From positions 9,567,061 through 9,631,060 of the forward strand of contig CM082584.2 of NCBI GenBank assembly GCA_040954595.2: a DNA stretch of 64,000 nucleotides, written 5' to 3'. This stretch comes from Balanoglossus misakiensis. Its lineage: Eukaryota; Animalia; Hemichordata. The position numbers were made by a program, and so were the translations under genes. The notes beneath the pieces are model-generated. The model saw only the letters and a list, made by a program, of their open reading frames with translations, was not told where the DNA came from and did not search any database. This document shows, one piece after another, positions 25,169 to 38,200 of the stretch. Each line of letters begins with the position of its first letter. Positions within the stretch are counted from its first letter, which is position 1.

Positions 25169-27198
25169 TCACCTCGTTAGGATCATGTTTGCGGATGACA
25201 TTCTGAGCTTTCTGGGCAAACAAAATTGTCGAATATCGGTTCTGATATTTCGGGGCAACCACGTCATCGTTGTCTCGTAGATCCCAAGCGGCAAACTTGT
25301 GACCATGACACATTCTAGTGTGGGCGAAGTAGTCGCCGCCGGCGAGGTAAAAGCCTGTTTAATAACAAGGTACCACAGTAAGCCCAAGATCACCAATTCG
25401 TTTCCCATAGGCCACAATGGTATAGCATTGGGCTAAATATTCCTATTTTCTAAACATTCAGCAAACCGAATGCTATCACGGAACTCAAAACTGCTAATAT
25501 GATAATATTTCTCGAGACTCACCGAAGAACGTATCGAATCCCCTGTGATTTGGCACACAGTCCCATTTGCAGAAGCCGAGGTGCCACTTGCCGACCATGT
25601 GAGTGGCGTACCCGTTCTCTCTCAATCTCTGCGGCATGAGTACTTCATCCACCGGCAGACAGCGTGGCTCTTGCGCCATCAGCACGTGGTGCTGCATACC
25701 GGTATGGATCTGGGGACAATGTGTCAGAACCGAGTTGTCAACTTGGCTCGCGAGAGAATTACCCCGCCGGGAAAGGTTCGTTTTCATCGGAGAAATCATT
25801 TACCAGTAATGACGTCCCAAACAATGAGACAAAAATCAGCACAAATCCTGCTATATCTGTGTTCTTTTTGGTCGTAAAATTTCAATTTTAATTGATATCA
25901 TTGAGTTACGCTTCAGTCCGGAATGTTCTTAAAGTATGGTGTTTTAATTTTGCAAGGATTATTGCATACGCAAAATCCTCCTAACATATGGACCATTGAC
26001 TTTTATCATTAACAACGCCCCCAGGCGCAGAAAGTTTTTTTTCGGGTGGCAGAGGGCGCATAAATCAGACGCGCATGACGTGTCCTAAAAGCTAAATTTT
26101 TAATCTTTAATACCTGCGACCTGTGACCTTATATAAGCTCCTCAAAATTCTGAGCCCGTGCGTGGGAAGAATAATGTTGAGCCATTGATTGAGGAGAATA
26201 TTAGGCCTATACTACTATCTAAATTGTATGGTTCTCTAATCTTTCTAATGCTATGAAAATCATAAAAAACTATGATTGATTTTGGAAAATACCTTTAGCA
26301 AAAGTTGCTTCGCAATTTGAATAATTCGGTGAACCATTAATGCTCAGTGAAACTAAAACAAACATAATACGATAAACTGGCCCTTTGGTGTTTATTCGCC
26401 ATTTTGTGCATTAAAGTTTTTATTAGTTTTCGGAGGCCATGAAATACAACAGCTTGATATTTTCCGCCACAGGATTCTGCTATGAACTGGGAGCGCTCTT
26501 CGAAAGGCAGTTAGATTTTGAATTGGCGTGATGTTTTCTACATCGCTATTTCAGTACTAGCCTGTGACGTAGTGGTCACGTCATCACCTATGAAATAAAA
26601 AATGCCTAACAACGCAACCTCCTAAGCGTTTATCGTTACTTCAATTGCTAAAAACTTGAAGAGTCCTCCTTTCGGACTTTTGGGGTTTATATAAGATCTT
26701 GAAAAAAGCTTGGAAAAAGATTACATTTCAATGGTTTATGTTTGTAAAAATTCCATTCTCATATTTTGCTGAAAAACAAGCGATTTACAAAAGTGTCAAT
26801 GCAGTTTCATAGAATCGTTTTTTTTTTATACATTTCTGGATATCTTAAAATTCTTCAAATGGTTCTTATTGTGTCAAAGTTTCTAAGACGGGTTTAAAGA
26901 GAAAAAATACTGGTTTTAAAAAAATGAATAGCAAACTGCAAGCTCGTACCTGATATCTGCCGGTCATTAAAACTGATCTGGTCGGCGTACAAATCGGAGT
27001 GACGTAGTAATTTTCCAGTTTGACTCCTTCGGCGGCCAATCGATCGATGTTCGGCGTCTCGATGATCGAATCGTGGTACCCGACATCGTGCCAACCCAGA
27101 TCGTCGGCCAAGATGAAGATGATGTGCGGTTTCGGCCTCGCAAGACTCGGTGTGGTGGTGGCTAGACAGATAAAGCAAATCCAAAGTAGGAGAGACAT
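2462..27198 (-). CDS. ARSB: Arylsulfatase B-like sulfatase (ARSB/ARSI/ARSJ clade), 7 coding exons, 1509 nt, 502 aa
   Basis: Exons 27198-26950, 25709-25523, 25354-25173, 24996-24783, 24695-24446, 24217-24051 and 2721-2462, all GT-AG with matching phases. Motifs: signal peptide, [12 protein letters not shown], formylglycine motif [34 protein letters not shown], and C-terminal [14 protein letters not shown]...WTPWL. Exact orthology within the clade is untested. Confidence 0.9.
2830..2932 (-). repeat. Inverted, diverged copy (~1.2 monomers) of the satellite at the left end of the array
   Basis: tgaccaaattttgaaaattcgcaaagtcgaaaaatcgtcgatttttgaacattttcatgagctataaccaatgattttttccaaaaaatgaccaaattttga aligns by eye with the reverse complement of the monomer. 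Confidence 0.9.
2931..23880. repeat. 87-bp tandem satellite array, ~240 copies, inside arylsulfatase intron 6
   Basis: Consensus ATGAGAATTTTTCGACTTTGCGGAATTTCAAAATTTGGCCGATTTTTGAAAAAATCATGGGTTATAGCTCATGAAAATCATCCAAAA (27/87 GC), head-to-tail, with most copies 0-2 differences from consensus. Confidence 0.99.
23881..24016 (+). repeat. Diverged ~90-bp related monomer type (~1.5 copies) at the right end of the array
   Basis: attttgggacattt recurs at 23913 and 24003; ctcgattttggcaattttggtga resembles ctcgagttaggtaatttgggtga; catgggttatagctca is shared with the main monomer. Confidence 0.8.
24051..24217 (-). CDS. ARSB: Arylsulfatase exon 6
   Basis: [16 protein letters not shown]...[14 protein letters not shown]; CAG| and |GTGAG, ends in phase 1. 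Confidence 0.9.
24446..24695 (-). CDS. ARSB: Arylsulfatase exon 5
   Basis: DNGG...[18 protein letters not shown]...[10 protein letters not shown]; TAG| and |GTATT. Confidence 0.92.
24783..24996 (-). CDS. ARSB: Arylsulfatase exon 4
   Basis: [18 protein letters not shown]...IVVFST; CAG| and |GTAAT. Confidence 0.92.
25031..25168. repeat. Compound microsatellite (ACAT)26(ACAG)8 in arylsulfatase intron 3
   Basis: Directly visible; source of the spurious MYVC/HTYI ORFs. Confidence 0.97.
25173..25354 (-). CDS. ARSB: Arylsulfatase exon 3
   Basis: [11 protein letters not shown]...WDLRDN...HDPNE; CAG| and |GTGAG. Confidence 0.9.
25523..25709 (-). CDS. ARSB: Arylsulfatase exon 2
   Basis: IHTGMQH...GKWHLG...RGFDTFFG; CAG| and |GTGAG. 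Confidence 0.92.
26950..27198 (-). CDS. ARSB: Arylsulfatase exon 1 (signal peptide, DDLG, CTPTR)
   Basis: ATG at 27198; MSLLLWIC...TGRYQ; donor CAG|GTACG. Confidence 0.92.
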
Positions 27199-28928
27199 TC
27201 TATAGTCGCGGTGCCACTGGCTCTACTTTATTTGCAGCACGCGTCCATAAAGTTATTAATCGTATTCACCCTGGGACTATGAAACGGGTATTTTGATTGG
27301 CACAGATTGTCGGGCTGAAAATGACAAAGATAACAAAACCGTCTGTTATCCAGGGGAATTATTAAGAGCGGTGATTCATCTCCCACGATGAACAGAAATT
27401 GTGTCGTCAGGTCGAACTGGATTTATAGATTACGTTCACAAGAAGTGGATATTAAGGGTATGATAAATTGAAAAGGAAACTTAAAAAGTTATGGTTTGAT
27501 CCTTTTACATTGGAATTGACCAAAAAATAAACTTAAAAAAATAATATCTTTTAATGCTAACTGACCTGAAAATGCCACAGATTAAAATTTGTACAAAATT
27601 TATGAGACTGCCTGCGCCTGCAGATGAAACGATTACTTTTAAATTATTATCCACCATTTTACGATGTTTAAATTTCGTTGCTATAATAAGCTTTAATATA
27701 TAAAAAGCTTTAAGCTTATTATAAGAAAGAGCAAACAGTAAGCTGCTCGCAGGATATGGAGACATTGGACTGGTTAATGTTTTAAATTTTGCGTTATTGC
27801 AAGTCGTTGCAGTGCCGCAGTATTCTGAAGTACAACAGTGCTTACATCCAGTCAATTCTCCCGACCTTAAATAGGTTTTGGCTACCTAGGTGGGTGATAA
27901 AAATCTCACATGGTCGACACAATTTCAAGATGGCCGATTTTTCGCGAACTCCACGAGAACCTACGAGATCTCGCGATGCACATTGTATGTTGAGTGAACA
28001 CCGTTTTCGTACCCATAGGTAATATGTAACAGGTTTGACCTGAGAGCGTAGACAGTGTAGACAGCCAGTTGCTGGATTCCAACCTCTACGGATGGCAATT
28101 TCCCCTTGATGACGCCGCCACGAACATTTACGTCCATATAAATGATCTTTATTTCCATTTCGTTCATCCGTAAATCCTGCTGATTAGCTTTGGCAAAATT
28201 TGCTGCTTATATCGATTACATATCTTGCAAGTGCAAATGAATTCAATAGAAAAATATACTAGTATGACAACTTTTCTCTTTTTTTTCATAATTATTCCGA
28301 GGAGGCAAAAAAATTAGTAATAGAAATTTTAAAGTATCAGGGAAGGGATTAAATTGCAGTGTCTGCAGAAAATGCAATACCTCGAAATGAGGAAAGCTTA
28401 CAGTAAACTTGCTAGTAACATTACTACATTCTGTTTTGTAAACATGGTCTTGTAAATCATCTCGTGCATACAACAGTGTTTTCTCATGGTGCCCCTAAAT
28501 CTGCCTTAGGTCCTTGTTCTGTTGGTATTCTAGACAAGCCAGTCTTCAACAGTCACACCGCTACATGTTCAGTTGGTGAAACGTCCATAACATACAAGTT
28601 AACACACAATCCATCGCTTGAAGTCTAAATACCGGTAAATTAACAGTTCCTCATTCCTAGTGAGCCTGACAGAAAGGAAAATAGGAAACCCGCACGCTGC
28701 GGGTTAACTTTCAAAAATTTCACAGGGATGGTGTATTTCAATTATGGTATCCAAAGCATTCAATTTCCCCTGAGTAAGGCGGGATCGGCCTTAGAAAACA
28801 AATTGATTGTGCAAAGTAAACAAAAATCTACAAAACCATAGTTGTGAACACAAGGATTATTAAAGATTGTGATTATGCTACACTGACAAAATCCGTGGGA
28901 TAACTTTCCAAACAGAAGACGGTTTTGC

Positions 28929-28942
28929 TTTATTTATTTATT
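28929..28942 (-). terminator. Probable polyadenylation signal of the M3 peptidase gene (three overlapping AATAAA)
   Basis: Plus-strand tttatttatttatt about 270 nt downstream of the stop codon. Confidence 0.6.
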
Positions 28943-29209
28943 ACAGGAATGATATGTAACACCACATGACAGGCTAATGACACTGATCTACTACTAGTAT
29001 GAGAGAGATTGGTCATGATGTGGCAGTCGGCCCAGTTGGCATAATCCAACAACATCCATGACCCATCTCTCTGATATTTTCACCGACTAGAATCACGCTT
29101 ATTTTTTCTTCCTCCTAGACTAGAGTGAGTGTCCGGCTACAACAAGCAGGCAACATCTAAACACTGTCCTGTTTTTTGGGGGGACGTGCCATTTGGACAG
29201 GACTCCAGC

Positions 29210-29296
29210 CTATTTCTGCTGGAGCCCCTTGCTGATCAGGAAGGCCTCTTGGTTCGGCTCTCTGCCCAGGAAGTTCTTCAACATATCAATTGCATC
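29210..29296 (-). CDS. THOP1: M3 peptidase terminal exon 15
   Basis: [28 protein letters not shown]. Confidence 0.92.
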   Translation of the reverse strand, partial: DAIDMLKNFLGREPNQEAFLISKGLQQK

Positions 29297-32200
29297 CTAC
29301 AACAAAGAAAACAAAATCGCAGTATCAGTCTCTGATGCTGTGTGCTCCACCCTTGATTACACTTCCCAGGACATGTGACTGTGTTACAAGTAAATGGACA
29401 CACAACAGATGAATGTACGAGGAAATAAAGCCTGTGTTTTGCCAATGTTTGACACTGCACCAACTGAGACAGAAAATCATGCTCTGGACAACACCGTGAT
29501 TGGACACTCACAATGGATCCACCTGGTTGCAGTATGCATTCACGGTAATCCCGTCCCACTTTGGGGTTCATGATGCCTTCTCTCTTGAAGCGAGAATAGA
29601 ACATATCCATGCAGAAGACTTCACTCCACTGAAAAGAAAAGAAAAGAAATATTCTGTATTAGCATCCCTGCAGTGAAATATGACCAGTCTCTATTCGTAA
29701 TTATTTTGTTCAAAAGGTGCTATTATGAACTTGATCTGTAATTCAGACAATGGCATTTGAGGAACAAGAGTAAAATGTACTCACAAGGTAGCCATAATAC
29801 TGTGCGTCATATCCATCGGCCAGATGACCAAAAGAGGCACACATGTTGGTACCAGGGGTTGCCGAGATACCCAGGATTTCATCGGATAACTTGGCATAGA
29901 TGCTTCTGGTGTCGGCCTGTCAGAGGTGTGAGGACACATACCAGTCACAATTAATACCGCTACCCAGCCAAAACAACAACAACCCACCCAGATGTGATGG
30001 AATTGGTATACACTCTGACACAAGTGTCTGTATTAAATAAAAACATGTCATTTTCACATTAAACACTTATTCAGATTTCATAGACTTAAATTTGGGGTGT
30101 ACCTTAGCCGAAGTGTGGATGGTCTGATCGAAGGTGCCCAGCAGAATCTGCCGGAGATTGAAGACTCCAGCGTTGGCGTTGCGAGCTTTGACCAGTTTTT
30201 CCAGCATTTCATCCGGAAGGGGCGTCTTCTCCTTGTAGTGTGAGGACATTCGTAGCAGGGGCTCCTTCTCCCAGCACCAGTTTTCCAGCATCTGGGAAGG
30301 GGCTTCCACAAAGTCTCTCTCGACCCTGGTGCCACTGTCAGGAAAAGTTATCATGTAAATAATAATTCAACTGAATAAACACTAGTTGGAATACAGCTAC
30401 ATGTTCACTTCATGGCCGCACAGCTGATAGAAGTTTTTCAATTGGTAATCATGGTCAGACATAATAGAAATCAAATGATCTGAATTCTCACAATCCTACA
30501 TTTCTGCCCAAATGAGCACTAAAAATCTCACGACCAGGATTTCAAGATTCTGGATCTCCGCCATTCATAAAAATAAACTGCAAACGGCAAATTTCTTAAT
30601 TATTAATTTGATTTCATTTTTTTCCCCAAGGAGTTTCAGGGGCTCTCAAATAAAACCTTTTATCACATCCACTCACAGACTCATCTTCTCTCACAAAACC
30701 ACGCCTAAAAAAACCAAACTGACCTGAAAAACACGAGTTTTGGTTTGCCACAAATATCGTGCATTACATGGCCAAACTCATGAAAGAAAGTCTCTACCTA
30801 AAAGGAACGTAAAACAACCAAACAAAAGAAATAAAACCGAGTTATACACATTAAGGAAATGCAATGATCACATGGACGCCATGTTTTTGCATCTGCAAAT
30901 GTTGTTCGGGGGAGAGTGGTGGCAACCATAGATTGAAGTTTCCACTGATGGAAAAAGAGCTGTTCCCATTTATTTCCAGTCTGGCGATTTTCACTGAGTG
31001 ACAGCACTTACAAAAATCTGACTGTTGTTCCGATTAACAAGCTGTTGCGGCAGATTTTGTGATCAAAGGTTATTTCAGGTCTCTTTACACAAAAACGTCG
31101 CGTGGAACGAGACGTATTTGGCGGCGGAAAGGGTAAAACCATGGCAACCACTCTCCTCCCCCGAACGAGTCCGTTGGATGATAAGTACCTGAAGATGCGA
31201 TACTTGGCTTGGGCGCATATCTGATGCATGACATGGCCAAATTCATGGAAAAAAGTTTCCACCTGAAAAGAGCGGACAGAACAATTCAGACATGAGGCAG
31301 GAAGGTTTGAAATCGGTCGTCGTACACATTCAAAATATTCCATCTGTCGCTTTGAGATTTAGAAATAACACCAGCTGCGTGGGGCTTGGGTCACACATGT
31401 GTGCACCCAGAAATCCTTTTTTCCTATTCCACTGATTGTTGCACACCCATTACTGGTACATTACAAGCTATAAGCTGCTTTCATGACCCCTTGAGTGACC
31501 TTACATCCTGGTCTTTTGTCGCTATGAAATCATCGACACACCTGACACCAAGAAATGTCAAAAGTGCTTGCTGAACTGATTGGCTTCACCTATCCCGGTG
31601 ATAATGTTTCTTTGTTGGTTATGGTTGGTAAGATAAGTTTTTGATGAATACATTCTGAGTGACATGTACACCAGATGTATCGCACGGAAAAGATGACCTG
31701 CTGCCATAGAGGGCAGTTTTTCAACTCTGAAAGTATCTTTTTCTTGGGTACACTACCTTTCATCTTTGTGCATGTTTAAAGCCCCAAAAGCTGCTAATTT
31801 TTGCATTACTTTCATGATTTTACTTTCGAAATATTAAAAGACTATCAAAGTGAACCACCTTACCTCATCGTGGGTCAACAATGACGGTTTCTCGTCGGTC
31901 GGTTTGGTGAAGTTTGCGACCATCGCAGCGACAGCCGGCTGGCGTTTGCCGTCCGCACTGAGACAGCTGGGCTGGAGACCGAAGCAGGCGGCGTGGCCAA
32001 ACTTGCCCTCTCTCGGGTAGAGGTCAAGATAGAAGTGACCCATGAAGTCACCGGAGTCTGTGTCGGTCACACTGAACTAGAACAAGGAATGTCAATTGTC
32101 ATGTCAGCAACACTACTGGCATAACGGCTTGAATTCATTCTTGAAGGTCACTTCATATCATTTTATGCGCTGTAATTAATTTTGGTGCATAACGACTCGC

Positions 32201-35200
32201 TTGTAGTTGAATTGAACTGTACTTTAAGAATTACCAACATATCCATGATATGACATTAATGAAATGAGCACTTGTTTGATTCTTAACTCACCATTGTGAC
32301 ATCTTTATCCCAGACGGGCGGGTTGGGAATTTCTTGGAACTTGAGGCCGAGAAGTTCCTGCAATGCACAAGTGACAGGAGTCAAGTCTAGCGAATGAGTC
32401 CAGCAAATAGTGAAAATAAAGTATTCTACAATAATTGATTGATTGATTGATCGATTGACTGTCAGCTGGCTAAGTCAGAGTGTGCTGAGCTGGTAGAGGG
32501 TGACGATAGACACCGTTCCCGTATAAGCTGCCCAGCCACCTGAGATTTCACAATTTCGTGGAGTTCGCAAAATCATGATGTCTGTAATGAGTCACTCAAT
32601 CAGCAACTACGATGATGTCTACACAAACCTGGTAAATCTCCAACAAGCCTTTTGTGACCACCTCCATGGGGAAATACTCCTTCAGCTTATTCTGATCCAC
32701 GGCGTATTTCCTCTCTTCCACCATGGTCATGTAGTATCGCATGTCCCACAGGTTGATCTTGTTGTCATTCTCCAGTCTGTACTGATCGCACTGTCCATGT
32801 TTAAATAAAAATAAAAAAGGCGGATGGGTGAGCATATTAGTTGGTTAGGAAGACTGCCGCAATATCACCAAATGAAAGACTGGCTGTCAGTTTCGTACAG
32901 CTGGCGAACCAGTATATACCGTTTGTCTGTTTGTCATTAACAGATATACGTGTTCGTGCAGAATGGGCAGTTCACAGACAAGATATGGCTGGATCAAAGG
33001 TCAAAGTCGAGCCAGTCAGCCACTTGAAAGTTTCTCCTACCTCCTCCTTTTTGTATTGCAACATGACTTCCAGCTCCTCCTTCTGGAGGGGCCGTAGTTT
33101 TTCCGTTAAATCCCCGAGAAACTTCACCACTGCGTCGGGAGTCTTGGCCATGCGGAGCTCCAAGATGAAGGAAGCGTGAGTGGGGTATCCCAACAGGTCA
33201 GCTTTCTGAAATACAAGAAACAAGTCCAGGTGTTACTACATGCAAAAAAGTTATTTGACTGTGATGACGTCCGATGTCCAGATGCAACAATGACGACTTC
33301 AACATTACTCTAAAACACAATCAGGATGCGTGTACCGCTTAATAGGAAGTTCTCAAAATGTCACCAACCTTCTGTCTGATTTCTACAAGTTCTTCTAAAA
33401 TCTTTGTATTTTCAGTTATGCACCTTCAAAGAAAAGGAAAAGAATATCAAAAAATAGTCTCGACTGAAAAACTGACAACGTCAACTCAGAAATGATTGCA
33501 CTCTCTCTCTCATCAAGCCATCCTCCCACCCAAACCACCAACCCCCACCCACTAGCTCAATCAGTCCCTCCTTCACTCCTTCCCTCCCTAACTCACCTGG
33601 AATTAAAAGCAGTTTCCATTCTCTTCCTGGTCTCCTGGTTACGGCATTTCCTCATGATAGGGAAATAGTCCGGATATTTCAGTGAAACTTTGAATCTGCC
33701 TTCGGCATTCTAGAAACAACAAGAGAGCCAACACATTCCTCAAATGTTAATTCCTACATGAATCCCGGGGCACCCAAAGGCGAGTGAGTTATCACCTGTC
33801 GAGATACCGGCTGTCGTGTGATCCAGGCATTTTTTTCTGCCATTCCACCAAGCCTCCAAAAGAATCACTGTTGGTTAGAGATGTGCGAGCCGTAAATGTT
33901 ATCATGGATGTGGCAAGTGATCTGTCGTGTGATTGGGAAAGTGAATGAAAAGTGAGACATGCATTACTGGTTGGGAATACAAGAGTATCTGACAAGATAT
34001 GAAGGAATGACTACAGCAACTCAAAAATGCTCGGGCTTGGTTGAACTGTGTGTGGCAAAGTGGGCAGGCGATTTTTTATGTTTAAATGAAACAGGAAACT
34101 TGCATGTGCGTTTTAAAAGAGGTTAGGTGTTAGTACACAGGCTAAACTAACATCAATGCTAGTTCTGAGATTTTGTTTTGCTGGATGCCATGTATTTTTA
34201 ATAGAAAAAAAGTTCTCAAAATGTATTTTCATGTTGCTGAAGTGGCCAGCTAAAATTACAACTTTCAACCCACATGAGTTCTCAGCTGATATTTTTTGTT
34301 TATTCAAAACAATGTGTTTTTTCAGGAGAATTTGTAAGATTGTTTAGTTTTTTATCTTTATTTCGAATAGCTAGAGCATAATTAAGAAGCTGAGGAGGAT
34401 TTTTCCAGAAGAAGAGGGAACAGAAGAAAAGGGGTGAATGAGCCAGAAGTATTCATACTACCTCTATATACCTACTTGCTGTTGGTATTTTCGAAAGCAG
34501 TCCCAGAAATACCCTCGTGGGAATTTCTTGCAAGGAGGACAAAACTGAAGGTGATAGTGATGGAGGCCAGTGGAAGCAGAGAAAGACAGGAGGTAAAGGT
34601 AGTAGAGAGACCCTGTTAGCTATACCCTGACACCCCTAACACACCTCAAGGCAACAGAGTGGAATGGTCCAGAAAGATTGGCTTGAGTGGGTGACACCAT
34701 TACAAGGAGGTATGTACAGCACTGGTGGTTTCATGAGTGAGTGTGTGTTTTTAACATCTGTGTGTATGTGGGTGTGTGTGCAATTAAAGGTTGAGATATT
34801 TTTTAGCTTATCAGCGTAAATATGCAAGACCTTCATCAGTATTTAAAATCTAAAACAACTGATAATTCGTACAATTACACAGCAGTGTAAATTTAATGTA
34901 AATAAACCCTGCTCAGATTTCAGAATATGACTATGGTAGTTCGTAATTTTGATAATCTAATTCGGTATTATCTCTGATAACACCATGCACTGAAACATGC
35001 AATTTAACAATAACATGCATTCCAGTCTTTACAATTTTTAAGTTTTAGTTTTGCCATACAAATTAAGAATACTAAAATGCGCATTGTCTATGTGGTAGTA
35101 TGGTAATATATGAGTTGGTAGCCATGGTTACATACCTTTTCTAATCTCTTGATGAAATCGTCAGGCATTCCAGCTGTTCTCGGGGGAAAAAAACAGGTTT

Positions 35201-38200
35201 CTGTCAGTCGTCTGTGTTTGTAGAGTGCTACTGCTACTTAAAAATTGTTTTCTTTGCATGTCAATCACAGTTCATATTATTCTTACAGCTTTTCCTTTTC
35301 ATAGCAGAATGTACCAATAATTCACAAAGTACAACTATTACTGATCAGAAGGCAACAACTACAACAATCGTACATTTGACATGCGACTAAAATAAAGTAA
35401 GATCGAGATATGATCAATGTATTTAGTTTACGCCGGCCAGACTGACCAGATGGACCCTTCCACCCCTCATTCCAAGTACACTGGTCCACCCACTCAGTGG
35501 CAAACACTAGGACTAGTGCAATTTCTAGAGGCAGAAGGTAAAAGCACACTCACCGAGGTCACTTTCTGTCATTTCCAGCGTCGTGTTCTCCTCGTTCAGG
35601 TTTTTGTTGAAGTCTATACTGATGTCACTTTCTCTTTTCTTCAGGGTTTTCATCTGATCCTGAACATCCTTCGGAAGATGCAGACCATTTCGTTTTCCCA
35701 ACTTGATGAGTTTCTCCAGGTATCTCTTAGCCTCCGGCTCCAACTCGTCTAGATTGATTTTCTTTTGTAAGGCCACCAAGTTATCGTACACATCTTGGCG
35801 CATACTGAGCAGAAAGAGAAAAAAAATAGATACATGTACACATTGTCACCCAAGAAGGGTATGAGTTTATGACATTCATTCGTTTCATTTATCAACACAG
35901 AAACAAGCTATGCACACATCACTGCACCTGTAAGTGCTTGGGAGTGCTACAGTGCCCTCTAGCGAACCAGTATCAAACTACTTTCACTGAATGCTGCCCA
36001 GGCAGAGAACGTGACAGCCGTGAACACTGCCCTCTATTGGGATGTGCGGACGAAAGTCATGCGGAGCGATTGCTGAAGACACGTACGTTGCCATGACAAT
36101 GTGGTCGATCAGATATTGACTACAGTAGACAGACAGACCTTGATGAATTCCCCCCGCAGTGTTTAGTGGCATGTGTTTGTAAAAAGTTAAACTGATGTCG
36201 GCCAGACAGAAAAGCAAGTCGTGCTGAGATGTGAAAACTATTACATTGAGCATTCAAACAAATATTACAGTATCAATCAAGTTGTGATTGCTCCAAGCCT
36301 TTTGCACAGCATTTCCCAGATGTAGATTTTACCCCCAAGACACACTGTCTGACGGTGAATAAATGAAAGTCATCATCTCAAGGGTGAATAAATAAACTGG
36401 GAGAGTCCACAACCGATAAATCTCCATTTTTCCAGTTTTTCATATTTTCTCGGATAAAGTGTTTCAAATCTCCCACATGGCCATGTTTTAATGTGAATCT
36501 GGATAAGGAACGTGTCATTGCATGCATATGCCGAACAAATAGATACAATCTGAAGACAATCTGGCATTTCTAAACCTTTCTGCCGCCAACATCAGAGCTG
36601 TTGACAACCAAACCGTGACACAGGTCCCTGGATATGGGCAGGGTGTTCGTCTGATACCATCATGCATGCAGAATTCACTATATGTCATGTCTTCCAGGTA
36701 CAGATAATACATGTACCTTATGGCCGCCCTCACCTCATTTCAACATCAAAATCCGACAACTTCTTATCTGCCTCCGTGCTGGCTTCTCGGATATCTTTAT
36801 CAGGTGATACATGCTGGGGGAAGTCCAACACGTTGCGATCCACGCTGTAGTCAACATCGTTGTCGGCCAAAGCCTGGAAATGAAATAAACATGTGAATAA
36901 GCCAGGGAGATATATATATATGTGATTTACAAGATACCCATTTCACAGCATCTGAATGCAAAGAAAAACAAGTTCAGAAGTCATAAATGGATAAAAAATT
37001 ACACTACATATTCACATCATACTTCATAGTCTTTAATCAGCACCCTTGGGCTCGTACATGTACACACTATAGGTAGGACAAAAGTTCATGTAAAATGTGC
37101 TCGCAGTATTACATTACAAGTTTTTCACACTTCAATCCAGTAATATGATCAGGCGCAGTGTAGGCAGAAGTGGGAAAACGCTTTTAATCTGTTACACCTG
37201 GAGCAATGCTATAATTATGTGTATCGCTTGCAACTGCTAGAATTGATGCCTTGATTTCCACCCATCAATGCAATCTACACGTACATGTATGCGTAATTCA
37301 GACCTCTATTCATGACACATATTCAAATAAATTCACCTCCCCCAGAAACAGACACTTATCCAGCTCTGAAAATTACAGCAAATTAACCACTACGATAAAA
37401 CCGACTCCCAAAGAGGGCTCCTGCACTATCACCTCCTCTATTGACATCAGGTGACATTCAAATTGATTCAGGCAGATTGCTCAGTCTTTATTACTCATTT
37501 CATAATTCATACGGATTGTTCACATGACTCACTTCATAATTTGCAACTATAATCACAGCCTGATTTGCCAACTTATCAGCAAATGCTTGCACACTTGGCT
37601 AATTTTTCACTTTAATTGACATCTTCAATGCGTATTTGCGAGCTGCATTTCCCTCATCCAGTTTATTCCTCCCCAGGGACCAGGCAATTTGCAACTCTGA
37701 TCGAGGGCGAGAAAATTACATTCAGCAGGCCCTGGCATTTGCCTGTGCTTTAGAGTTATGCCCCACAGATTAAACCCAGCCTATACCGCGAGCTGTCCAC
37801 GCACGGCATTCACACCACACAGCAGTTGATTGCTTCGGAGACTGAAGTGCAATGAAAAAGCTATTTTGTCGGATTAGTCTGCATTTCATATATTTCATGT
37901 CATCCCTGTTTCTACTTGACGACATATCAGACGACCATCGTCAAAAGCCCCGTAACCAGACACTCAATACCCATGATTCATTGCTGGAGAACGACTGATA
38001 CAAGGATACCATGTTGGCGTCATGGCAACCAAGCTGGATATTCCAGCTACTGTTCTTGTTCACTGAAGAACCAAGACACTTTTCAGGAAAGATTTATAAC
38101 TAAATCTATCTCATTAATTTCTTATTCTTGGCAAATCGAATTTCTGCCTTTTTTTTCAGTGAATGCACATCTTGATTTAACAATTTATGCAGTGTACGTG

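Noticed and set aside
24902-25280. MYVC/HTYI repeat proteins
   Set aside because: These are translations of the (ACAT)n microsatellite in intron 3.
28655-28795. Helitron-like 3' end (hairpin AACCCGCA-cgc-TGCGGGTT at 28687-28705 with a nearby CTAG)
   Set aside because: The hairpin-to-CTAG distance (~27 nt) is long, the flanking base is not T, and no 5' end or second copy is visible.
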